Assembly: GCA_965644315.1 (NCBI GenBank)
Contig: CBFFRQ010000069.1
Coordinates: forward strand, 434,001 to 498,000
DNA length: 64,000 nt
DNA from: Caecitellus pseudoparvulus
Taxonomy: Eukaryota > Protista > Bigyra: Bicosoecida
Direction of reading: 5' to 3'
The notes beneath the pieces are model-generated. The model searched no databases and was not told where the DNA came from. It saw only the letters and a list, made by a program, of their open reading frames with translations. Below, in pieces: positions 22,454 to 33,339 of the stretch. The number at the start of each line of letters is the position of its first letter. Within the stretch, counting starts at the first letter, position 1. Made by a program: the position numbers and the translations under genes.

Positions 22454-23617
22454 GGCTGCCGTTGCAAGCTACAGGTGCCTGCAACGACCGTCACCGAAGG
22501 ATGGAGGTGCAACTTCCCGTTGCCACACCTTTGAGCATGAATCTCATGCGTGGTCGTGCAAGTCTTGGCATCGGATTGTGGCACCTGAATGGATTCGTGT
22601 GCATTTGAGTCGAGCTGGTGGGCTGGGATGCATTGCATGGGCCAGCGTATGCTGCTTGGCACCGGCACTTCCACTCAGGCATTCATAAGCTGTGAGGAGG
22701 GGGGTGGGGGGATGTTCACACTATGGTTGTTCCCAGGCGCTATTGACCACTAGGATCTCTCGGGTGCCTGCAGCGCTCGGAGCAAGCTCCTCACACTGCA
22801 GAGCACCACGCCCAAGATTAGGAATATAGCGTTGCGCAGCAGGAGCACAGTGCAAGCACTAGCTCAACTGCTCGCTTGTTGTTCGACCCGTTGCCCCGCC
22901 CATACCTCATGGGAAATCAGCGCGATTAGCAACATGCAGAGCAGACACCGGGGCCTGTGAGCCACCCGGGCTGGCATCCGCGAGTAAGGGTCGGTTTCAC
23001 AACACTACATCCGTAACATGGGTCTCCCATACCGCACAGGTGCGGTGAACGCAAGGGGGAAGGCGCACGTACGTTGTGTGGCCACAGGCCAGTGGAACAC
23101 GCTGCCACCATGCCGCCACGCTAGACTCCTGGCACAAGCTGGCGCATGTTCCGGGAATAAATAAAGGTTTTAGTTTGGTTTATCTTGGAAGGGGGCTGAT
23201 AAAGCTCGGCGCGGCGCCGGTGCTACTTTGCTCTTCCTCTGTTCGTGCCGCGAAATTCCGCAGACAGAATTGCAGCCCGCGAGCACCTGGGGGAAGCCGT
23301 GCAGGTGAAGGCTGCAGGCAAAGCTTCCCCCAGCGCTGGAATTGAACGGCTGTTTGTTTGTGTTACATGTGAGGCGAGTGCAGATGCCAGGGGCAAAGGG
23401 GAGGGGGGGTCGAATCAGCCAGACACCCCCCCGGAGCTGTCTGGCATGTGCTCGCTGATCATGGACAAACCATGCAAGGTGGACCCTGCCAACCGATGGG
23501 GAGGTGCTGCAATTGACCGATCCAAGGTCCCGCAGCTGTCTGCACCTTTTTGGTGTTGCCGTACGGGAGGTGGAGGTGAGCCAGGCAGGGAGCATCAATT
23601 TCCGCGTTCGGCACATC

Positions 23618-25222
23618 ATGGCCTCATCGTCGCCTGCCAAGCGCCAGCGAGTGGGAGACACCGCCGGCCCAGGCCAACAGCATGCCCAGCACCCTTATGG
23701 CATCGAGCCGTATGGAAACTATTACGCAGTGTCCATGGGTGTGCTCCCAGGCGTGAAAGGCAACACACGAGACTCTGGCCTCGGTCGCCTTGCTGGCTTG
23801 CCCGATGACGCTGTCATGGGCCTGCTGCACTGCTTCGACGCTGAGGAACTCTGCCAACTTTCAGCTGCGAGCCGTGGCTCGTATGTGTGGGCCCACTTGA
23901 TCGACCTCTGGCGAGCTCTCGTGCTGCAGCGGTTCGGTGGGGCGTTCGTTTGGGCTGGGGATTGGAAGAGCGCTTTCGTGGCAACCGCCACGGCTGCGTG
24001 TGGGCGCCGTGCGCCTCGCCGCCACACGCCACTGCCGCTAAGAGGTTTCTATAGCGACCTTTTGTACCAGTCCTGGCACATGGGCACTGCAGCACTGGCG
24101 CCTGAGTGGTTGGCAGGGGAAGCCATATCTGTGGAGTCCGCCCAGCACCTGACCAAGGCGGCGTTCAGGCAGCGCTATGAGGCCCGCAACCTTCCAGTAC
24201 TCATTACTGATGCACTGCAGCACTGGGCTGCACGCAAGTGGACGGTGCAGGGCCTTGCCCAGAGCCACGGTGACCGCCCTGTCACATGCGGGCACTATGA
24301 CGTTGCGCTGGGCACCTACGCGGCTTACTGCCGCACTATGAACGGGCAGGGGGAGGCCAGTGGGAAAGGCAGCTGGGTCTGGGACGACCAGCCCTTGTAC
24401 ATGTTTGACAGGCACTTTGCGGACCGCCTGCCTGGCGCCGCGGACGCCTTCTCCGTGCCAGAGTACTTCGATGACGACCTGTTTGCTGTGCTGGGGGAGG
24501 CTCGGCCGGCGCACAGGTGGCTCATCGGTGGGCCCCGCGCGTCGGGATCCACCTGGCACGTGGACCCCAACGGCACATCGGCGTGGAACGCAGTGCTCAG
24601 TGGCCGCAAGAAGTGGATCATGTACCCACCCGGCGCTCCGCCGCCCGGAGTGCACCCTTCCGCAGATGGTGCAGAGGTGGCTACACCCCTGGCCCTGGCA
24701 GAGTGGTTCACAACGTTTTATTCAGCTCACCAAGAGCGCAAGGCTGAGGCTTGGGCTGCTGCCCGGGCAGCTGGCAAAGACCCGCTGACTTGCGGCTCGG
24801 TGCCTTTGGAGTTCAACGCGCCAGAGGGCTCGCTGCTGTTCGTGCCCAGTGGCTGGTGGCACATGGCCCTGAATGTGGAGCCTGATACGCTGGCAATCAC
24901 GCAGAACTTCGTCTCTCGTGTGAATCTGGCGCACGTCCTGCACTTCCTGCGCAGCAAGCCTGAGCAGGTCTCTGGCGTGCCCGTCGCCAGGCGCGCAGCT
25001 TTCGCCGAAGAGTTTGTCACGGCGCTGAAGGAGAAGCGACCTGGCGTCTGGGCCGAGTACCAGCAGCAGGTGGACGCCATGGCACAGCAGCAAGCCGCCG
25101 CCGACGCCAAGTACCGGCAACAGGGGGCCGGGTGGCAGGAAGTGATGTCAGGGGCAGGGTCGGCGGGGCAAGCAGGCTCCGGCCCCAGCGGCGGGGCTTT
25201 CTCTTTCTCGTTTGCCTTGTAG
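23618..25222 (+). CDS. F-box + JmjC domain protein (JMJD6-like group)
   Basis: F-box LAGLPDDAVMGLL...LCQLSAASR; PLYMFD, RWLIGGP..SGSTWHVDPNGTSAWN, GRKKW, FVPSGWWH, AITQNFV. Confidence 0.93.
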   Translation: MASSSPAKRQRVGDTAGPGQQHAQHPYGIEPYGNYYAVSMGVLPGVKGNTRDSGLGRLAGLPDDAVMGLLHCFDAEELCQLSAASRGSYVWAHLIDLWRALVLQRFGGAFVWAGDWKSAFVATATAACGRRAPRRHTPLPLRGFYSDLLYQSWHMGTAALAPEWLAGEAISVESAQHLTKAAFRQRYEARNLPVLITDALQHWAARKWTVQGLAQSHGDRPVTCGHYDVALGTYAAYCRTMNGQGEASGKGSWVWDDQPLYMFDRHFADRLPGAADAFSVPEYFDDDLFAVLGEARPAHRWLIGGPRASGSTWHVDPNGTSAWNAVLSGRKKWIMYPPGAPPPGVHPSADGAEVATPLALAEWFTTFYSAHQERKAEAWAAARAAGKDPLTCGSVPLEFNAPEGSLLFVPSGWWHMALNVEPDTLAITQNFVSRVNLAHVLHFLRSKPEQVSGVPVARRAAFAEEFVTALKEKRPGVWAEYQQQVDAMAQQQAAADAKYRQQGAGWQEVMSGAGSAGQAGSGPSGGAFSFSFAL

Positions 25223-25462
25223 TGGTGGCAGCAAGGTGGCGCGTTAGGCTGCAGGCTTGCTGACTCCGCCATTGTCCTGCAGGCACGTGGAGCGTGGATG
25301 TGTGCCGTGCCACACATGGCTGTGTTGGCTAAAAGTAACATCACTGAAGAATAATGCACGGGAGGACTCTGTTCGGAAATCAAAGCTACTTTCTCGAGCC
25401 GTCCTTCGTCGTGTGCGTGTCTGGTCGAGGGCTCTGCCGCTGCACGTGACAACAGTGCCAGC

Positions 25463-28400
25463 ATGGCCTCGGCGGCCGGGAAGGGCCAGCAATGGACCCT
25501 CACCGACTTCGCCGTGGCGGTGGCCGGGCGCCACCCCGTGAAGCCCATCTTCGTGGCAGACCTTGTCTGCTTTGGCATTCGTGTTGCTGGGTACCTGGGC
25601 ATCGGCATGCACTTGGTTCTACTCACGGCGCCCAAGTCGGCGGCTTTGTTGGAGGTGCGTGGAGGTTGCTGCCCAGCTGGAAACGCCCAGCACCTGCAGC
25701 CGCGCTCGCTGGAGGCAGGCAGGCTGGGGAGCATGCACCTGCTATGCTCTTGCATTAGTCAGGCATAAATCCCATGCACGCCCTGGCTTTGCTGCCTGGG
25801 GGTTCATGCGTGCTCACGTGACGCCTCGTGCCGCCTTGCGCAGCTTCTTCGCATGCTGACTGTGTTCTCCTGGGTGCGAGCTGATGTGATGTGGGGCCCG
25901 GACGGCTGGTCTGCTCTTCTGGGAGTCTCTCTCCTCTTTGGTTACACCACTGCATTCGTCAACCTGGGCGCCCTCACTGAGAGCAGCAGTTCCAGGTGCG
26001 TGGGTGGCGTTGTCGCTGAGCGACACGCCCGCACTCACCCCTCTCCCCTCCAAGCCAACGCAGGTTTTCATTGGAGGCATCCGTCTCAGACGCCAGCATG
26101 GCGAATGGGGCTCAAGTGGAGCGCTCTACAGGGGGTGCTAGGCGCCGCACACGCCTGCAGGTGCTAGTTGACCTGTACCGCACCACCATCCTGTACATGC
26201 TGGTGCCGCTGGGCATGCTGCCTGTGCTCAGTGTGACATTCCGGGTGTTTGTGTGCGGTGGAAACGACGCTGACGAGGTGGCAGATGCCTTTGCCTCAGG
26301 GGATGCGACGGCCCTGGCGGGAGCAAGCCGCATCGCGGAGGCTTTTGGGGGGGAGGAGTTCTGCTGGCAAGGCACGCACCTGCTGGTGGTCATCCTGGCA
26401 GTGCTACAGGCCCCCCTCATGCTGTCCTTGACGCTGGTGCAGATGCTGACCATGTTCGACCGCCGCCTGGACTCGCCGTCCCTCTTCGTGCGCTTCTTTG
26501 GGCGCGCTGACATGATCGACTTTACCTTCGGCATCCTGCTGTCCATCGTGCTGTCGCTCATGTTCGGCACAGCGCCCAAGTGGTTGGTCGTCGCCGCCAC
26601 CTCTGCCATCATGCTGGGCTCTTGCTACATGCAGTATGTCACCATGCCCCAGGTGCGCCCTGTCATGGACGACGCCAACATGGCCCTCATGTGCTGTGCA
26701 GCGTGGCAGTGCCTGGTGTCCATGCTGGGCCTGGTGCTGGCGGACGACGCAGACCTCAGCATGTTTGCGCTGCTGGGCTTGGTGCCTGCTGCGACGTTTG
26801 GCATGTTCCTCGTGCGGTCCCGCCGCTCCCACGTCGTCTCCTCCCGGCTCTCCGACCTCACCTCGGAGTCAGACATTGCGAACTGGGGCCACCACAAGTT
26901 CACCTTGGCACACAACATCGCATCCTCTGGCGCGTTGAACTCTGTCGCAGCAGTGCTGCAGTCTGACATGTTCAGTGAGGACGTGGATGCCTCAGAGAGC
27001 TCCATGCTCCTGGCAGGCGGCACTCTGGACGGCGGGGACGTGAAGCGGGACCGCGTCGCCGAGCTGCTGTCCCAAGCCGAGGCGGCGTACACCCTGCTCA
27101 GCACCAAGTTTGCCAAGAGCTCAAATGCTGCGACTCTGGCAGCCATGTTTTACCGTTCCCACCTCGTGCGCGTCTCGCACTACATGGAGCTGCGCCTGCT
27201 CGCTCGGGCGTGGCGCCTGACTTCCGCATGGGACATTCGCCTGGAGGTCCTACTCCGCTTGGGGCGCTTGTTGGAGGTCGAGGCGCACAGTGTGGGGAGT
27301 GGCGACGCGAATGGGCGGCCTGGGCTGTCAGGTGGCTGGACAGGCGGCTTCGCAGGGGGGCCTGACAAGGGTTTCTCAAGTGCTGGCGACGACGACGCAG
27401 TGGTGGGTGTTGTGGGCGCGCTGGACGACTCTGGCACCCGCCGCTTGCGCTTCGAGGCTCACCAAGCCGCAGCGGCGGCGTCCCAGCGAGCCACGTCCCG
27501 CGCCATGGTTCGTCTGTGGAACCGTTGCCTGGCACCTACCCTCAGCATCGCTGTCCTGCACGAGCACGCAGTGTCCGTGCAGCGGCACCGTCTGCGCTTG
27601 GAGCGGCACTTGAAGCGCATGGTCACGTTGAACCCGACCTCGTCCCCAATCCTGCGCCTGTATGCCGCATTCTGCCTTCGCTTCCTGCAGGACGAAGTCA
27701 TGGCGGACGTGTTGCTGAGCCAGGCAGAGCGCCTGGACACCATTGCTGTGGAGCACCATTCGGGGTCCACCCTGCGGCACATTGTGCCGTTCACCCGCAT
27801 CAGCAACACCACGGCCAAGACGGCCAATGCCCACGCCATCGCCGTCGCCCGGGTGGCCGCGACGCTGTCCACCGTCGGGGCCATCCCCCTGTCCACGTCA
27901 GCGGGCTTGGGCGCTGACACCATGGGGGCGGCGCTGAAAGCCTTGGGGCTGCAGAGCGTGGCAGGGGGCAACAGCCTCATCATCGACGATCACACAGGGG
28001 TCATGCTCATCTCAGGCAGCGAGTTCGACTTCGGGCGCATCATAACCGTGAACGCCGCTGCCACCAGCATGCTGCAAGCCCCTTCCCGCAGCGAAGTGGA
28101 GGGCAGCAACCTCCTGCACTGGCTCCCCCCGCCCTATTCCTCCCTGAGGGACACTGCCCTGCACGCCATGGCTTCCAAACACGCTGACAGCCTGCTGAAC
28201 CGGTGGTTTGTATCCCTTGCAGTGTCTTTCTTCGACACACTAGTGCCGGTGCGGGCTCTCATGCAGGAGACGGCTCCCAACCCCGTCGGCGCCTGCGACC
28301 CGCGCTTCACGCTGGTCTTTCAGCCGCTGGTGGCGTCAGATGCAGAGGGGCTGGGGGTCGTCGCCGTGTCGGCAAGTGGCCACTGGACCCTCATGCACGC

Positions 28401-31400
28401 GGACATGCCACTGAACCTCCTCTTGGGTGTCTGCAACGAGGGTGAGATGCCGCCTGAGGACGGCTTCCCGCTGCGCCATGTCCTGGTGCCTCGAGTGCCC
28501 CCCGCCAAGTCCGCTGCAGCAGGCAAGACAAGCAAGGCTCCAGATGCCTTCATCGGCTCCATGCTGCCTGATGGTACCCGCCAGCTGGCCATGAGAGTCG
28601 TGTACAACGAGGATGCGAGCCAGGGTGGTGCGAGTTTGGATGTTTCAGTGCACTTCACCCCGCTGCGAGTGCCGGCGGCATTGCTGCCTCACTGTGTGGA
28701 GCCCCGGGCCGCGGCAGGTGTGCATGTGCAGCGGGCAGTGACAGCACAGGGCCGTCGGGCCTTGCATGCTTCCGAGGCGCGAGCCCCACCACCCCTGCGC
28801 GCGGGGTCCGTGTACGCAGACGGCTCACCAGGCCGCGCAGGCGGCGAGTCCCCCACTCGCATGGCGCTCCTGGCAACTCAGCAAGACGAAGCAGAGGAAG
28901 ACATTGTGGGCTACGGCATCATCCGTCTGAGCATTGTTGAGGAGATGGCGTCGTCAGCGGCTGCCGCGGCGCGGCGGGCTGTGCTGCGGGGACCCAGCGG
29001 CTCGTCGCCGACTTCTGGCGAGACGCCCAGGCAGCTCGCCGCTGCGCGGCGTGTTTCCGCCGCCCGGGAGTGGACCAGCACTTCAAAAGGTGGACGGACA
29101 TCGGGCTGGACACCTGCGGCTGGCGTGCGTGTGGCGTCAGTGCGCAGCAAGGGGCCCAAGGCACCCTTGGCGGGTGGGGCTGAGGAGGGCGTCGGCATGT
29201 CACGCTCACACAGCACCGGCCTGGCGGGTGACACGAAGGGGCGACTCCCGGCGTCCTTTTTGCGCCCACAGGGGTTGTCCATCACCACCGGACAGCCTGC
29301 TTCTCCGCCGATGAAGTCCTTGCACTCCCTTCCACTTGGCGCCTCAGCAACCCGGGCGTCAAGTGACGTAGCGGACACATCCCTTGACCGGGAAGCCTCA
29401 GAGGAAGCTCGGGTGGTGACAGTGTCCAGCACCACTGGCTGGGAAGGCATCACAGGGCACAGTTCCAGCCCCACTGCAGGAGACCAGCGCCGAGTGTCAG
29501 ACACCAAGGCAGTCTCTGCCGGTGCAACTCCCGCCAAGCTCAGCATCGGTGTCGGTTCCCGTGTGGTCCCAGCCAAGTCGGTGCCGACCACGGTGGGCGT
29601 GAGCGGGGAGATGCTGGATGATGCAGCCCAGACGGACATGAGGGGGCGAGTGTCTTCCGTGTACCAGAGCAAGCGCAGCGTGTTGTCTGGCGGAGCACGC
29701 TCCCGGCGCTCTCTGACGTCCGCGGACGGGGACAGTCACACCAGTGCAGGCAGTGCGGCTCTGAGCAATAGCTTGCGGTTGCTGCGCAAGCTGGTAGACC
29801 ACTCCTCCCCCTTGACGCTGCAGCCCATCCGCTTCATCCGCTGGGCGTACCTGCTCTTCGTCGTGCTCATGATCACCACCTTCGTGATTGGGCTGGTCTT
29901 CGCAGAGGCGGCAGCTGCAGCAGAGGGGCAGTTCCTGCCGTCTCTTCTTTCTCACGGACTGCTTGGCTTCACCGCTGCGCACCTGTACACAGTGCTGTGG
30001 GGTGCGATGCAGCCCCCCACCTCCCCTTTGGCCTTGTCCCCCGCCACCCAGGCCGTACAAGAGCTGTCTGCGCATCGACAGGCGTTGGAGAGCTTGACGG
30101 CGTCGGTCATGAGCTTGGAACGGGAGCAGGTGGAGAACTCAGGCCCCCTTGTTGACATGTTCGCGTCCATTGACAACATCCCCTCTGTGATCAACGCTAT
30201 CACGGATCCAACGGGAGTGAGCATGGCAGACTACGGGCTGCCTTCCGTAGCTGGCCAGCCAGCATCTCAGTACGATCTCTGGCAGTACCTGTTGCAGGAG
30301 CTGCTGTTCCTGGAGGACCGCCTTAACGCCTCCTTTGTGCTGCCCAACGGCACAGCCCTGGAGCCAGTGTCCCCTCTTGCCCGTGGCGCGTTTTCCTTGC
30401 AGCACCCACGCACCCAAGCCTTGCTGCACAACTTGCTGGATGTCGCCTTGCCAGCCTTCAACGAAACGGCCACATACAAGACGCAGTTCTGGGGCTGGGT
30501 TCTGGATCTGTCGTTCTGGTATCAGCTGCTCACCATCTCCCTCATCTTCCTTGTCGTCGTGTTCGCCCTGCAGTCATACTACACGTCCTCCGCGTCAGCG
30601 GCCCTGGCGCACATCCGTGACGAGCCTCTCATTGCCATCACTCGTCTGAGCCGGGAGACCTTGAAGGAGTTCAAGGCCTCTGCACAGCAGCTAGTGGCAG
30701 GTGGGTTGGACGAACTTGTCAAGGCTGCACATGACCGAGAGGCGACCCAGATCGGCGAAGGCGACCAGGGAGCTCGCAGCCCCGTCCCAGCCGAGACGTC
30801 TTCTTCCTTCGAGCGCCGGCGCAGCACAACGCGTGCTAGCGATGGCCGAGAGGCGTCTGCCGCAGACTCTCTAAGGGCAGAGCCACCGCCAGCGGTGGCC
30901 AGCTCACCCGCCCCTGCTGAGGAGGGAAGGGAGTCGCCGGGTCTGTACAGCCACACTTCCTTCCGTGTCCGCATCCCCTTCAGCGGGTCCCAGTCTGCCC
31001 CCCCAGCACCAGCAGCATCAACTGCTACCGCTGCCGCAGCTGCTGTGCCGACAGGCGGAGAGCGGGACGCCACATCGGCCTCCTCTGCGGGCGACATGCA
31101 CGAAGAAGCAGCCACTGTGGGGTCAGACATGTCTGCGCTGGTCAAGAGCCCTGGGAGCAGCCGAAGGGACGCTGCACCGGCCGAGCCGGTGCAGCCCTCG
31201 GCCACGTTGCAGCCGCTTCTCATGGAAGCTACGACCCCCACCCCCCTGCTGGAAGGCAGGCACGACAGTGGCAGCGGCAGGGAAGCGTCCGCTGCGGTGT
31301 CAACGGAGGAGGCGGTGGTGCTGCCGTCACACCCTGGCGCCAGCGACAGCCCGCTCGTGTCATCACAAGCAGCACCTGACAAGGCTCCCAGTGGACTGGC

Positions 31401-33207
31401 ACTATCTGGTTCAGGCAGGGAAGCATTGGAAGGAGAGCAGAGCAGTGCTTCTGCTGACATCATGAGCATGTTGCAGATGAGCCCAGAAACCGCCAAGCGC
31501 AAGTTTGCCGCAAGCGAGGTGGGTTCGCCTCAGGGCAAGGATTCTGGTGACGACAAGTCTGAGCGGGGGGCTTCGGACATGTCCCTGGGAACCCTGCTTC
31601 GAGCGGGCCCCTCGGGCGTGAAGAAGGAAGCGGAGAAGGGCAAAGGGGGCCCAGGCCTTGCCGCAGGGCGGCCCGAGCGGCGTGGTATGCGACTCGTGCG
31701 CGCCCCTACTACGCGTTTTGCATCCACGATGAAAGATGACGATGCTGCGCGAGGTGGGCGGTTTGAGATGCCCGCCATGGCGGCACCTGCCATGGGCGGC
31801 GCTGCCGGCAGGCGAGCCGCCAGGGGCAGGTCTGTCGCACTCGCTGCAGCCACTGCGCAGCGGCGCAAGCGAGCTGCAGCTCGGAACGCCCGCCGCAGCT
31901 CGACTGGGCAGTTCAAGGTGGTCACTAACATGGCTGCACTGGCCCCCATGGTGTCCCTCGTCGTGTTCATGGCGGTGTTCTGGCCGCTGTGGGGCGCAGC
32001 GCATAGGGACACCACCCAGCACGGGGCTGCCGTGTATGGGGCCATGCAGGCCGCACAGCACTCCATCTTGTACACGAGGGCCCTGACCGCTGCAGCCATC
32101 GAGCCCAATGTCTCCATTCGCGAGCTCCTCGTGCTGCAGGCTGAACAGGTGCATGCAGAGGACATCCGCTTCCGCCTGGCCTCGCTGCAGCAGGCGGGGC
32201 CCACCCAGCTGTATGCTCGCCACGACGAAACCTTCACTTCTTCCTTGTCCTCAGCGCCGCGGTCTCCCATCACGGGCAGCAACATTGCACAGTATGAGGA
32301 GGGGTCGGGTCCGTTCGACCTGCTGTCGTCTGCTGGCTGCGACAAGCGGGGCGCTGCGGGGGCCGTGCGTGCAGGCTTGCTGCGCGGGCCAGTTGCGGCA
32401 GCCCACGTGGCGTCATGCGAGTCCTTCGAGAACGGCATGTTTACAGCAGGCCTCGCTGACGCCCTGGCCAGGACACTGACTGTTGGGTCGGGCGTGGCCT
32501 TTGAGCTTGCACAGAGCACACCCAGCCCCTCTGCCAGCGCCAGCAGCAGTCCTGCCCCGCCAAGCGCCAGCCCAACACCCTCTGTGTCACCCCCTGCCGG
32601 AACCACCCCCTCACCATCCCCAAGTGCCCCGCCCAGCCCCAGCCCCAGCCCATTGGCTGGCGACACGGCCTCCACCCTGCAAGCCGACCTGGCCTTTGTC
32701 ACCCTGGCAGAGTCGCAGCACATGAGGCATGCATTGGTGGGTGTGGCCTATTCGTCCATGCGGGAAGGCCTTTTGGAGTTGGACCGGCTGCAAGCTGCGA
32801 TGGTGGCCTGCTCCATCACTCTCACTCTGTCAGCCTTGATCTTCATGGTGTTCTTCCTGTGGCCGCGGGTGCTGAGGGTGGGGAATTTGGCTCTCGCAGC
32901 CAGGTCGGTGCTGGTCCTGGTGCCACCTGGTATAATCTCTCAGACCCCAGCCTTGAAAGACATGGTCCAAAAGCTCACGTCTACTGGTGCAAACTCCGGG
33001 GCACAGGTAAAGAAGTCCACCTCCGGTACCAGTGGCAGGGAACGCGCAAACAGCGACCGGTCGGCTGGAACTGGCCGGTCGCAGAAACGGCGCAATGGCT
33101 CCATCCACGCATCCATTGAATCTACTAAGAGCAGCAACTTGAGCCGGGCGAAAAGCATGCGGAACTTCATGCTCGCGGCCTCGCCACAGAAGTCCGATGA
33201 GCTGTAG
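25463..33207 (+). CDS. Large multi-pass membrane PAS-domain protein, TmcB/TmcC-like (two small 5' exons precede the 26071 ORF)
   Basis: N-terminal TM cluster with CW.G.H, helical repeat region (LRLYAAFCLRFLQD), PAS-like GRIITVNAAATSML...VEGSNL..WLPPPY, further TM pairs; upstream exons end in GTGCGT donors. Confidence 0.7.
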
Positions 33208-33224
33208 CTGGCTGGATTGCTCTC

Positions 33225-33232
33225 AATGCATT
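33225..33232. terminator. AATGCATT palindrome between convergent stops; candidate bidirectional 3'-end signal
   Basis: Lies between stops at 33207 (+) and 33340 (-). Confidence 0.5.
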
Positions 33233-33339
33233 CATGCACTCTGAAAGTTTGACAAATATGCAGCTTGGCAGCCTTTGTGGCCTCTTGTGATGCTCAGCGC
33301 CCTTCGCCATTGCGCACGCCATCCTCCACAAGGCCTTCC

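Noticed and set aside
22720-22800. SRP RNA-like words (TATGGT...GACCAC.AGG...CGGAGCA)
   Set aside because: Lacks the helix-8 GNRA tetraloop and an Alu domain; similarity too weak to call
22855-22902. tRNA gene (TAGCTCAACTG ... GTTCGACCC)
   Set aside because: The A- and B-like boxes start only about 21 nt apart, leaving no room for an anticodon arm, and there is no acceptor stem
23021-23030. 5S rRNA-like GGTCTCCCAT
   Set aside because: Only a 10-nt match; the flanks do not resemble 5S
32517-32651. Ser/Pro-rich repeat as a separate element
   Set aside because: In-frame low-complexity linker of the TmcB-like protein
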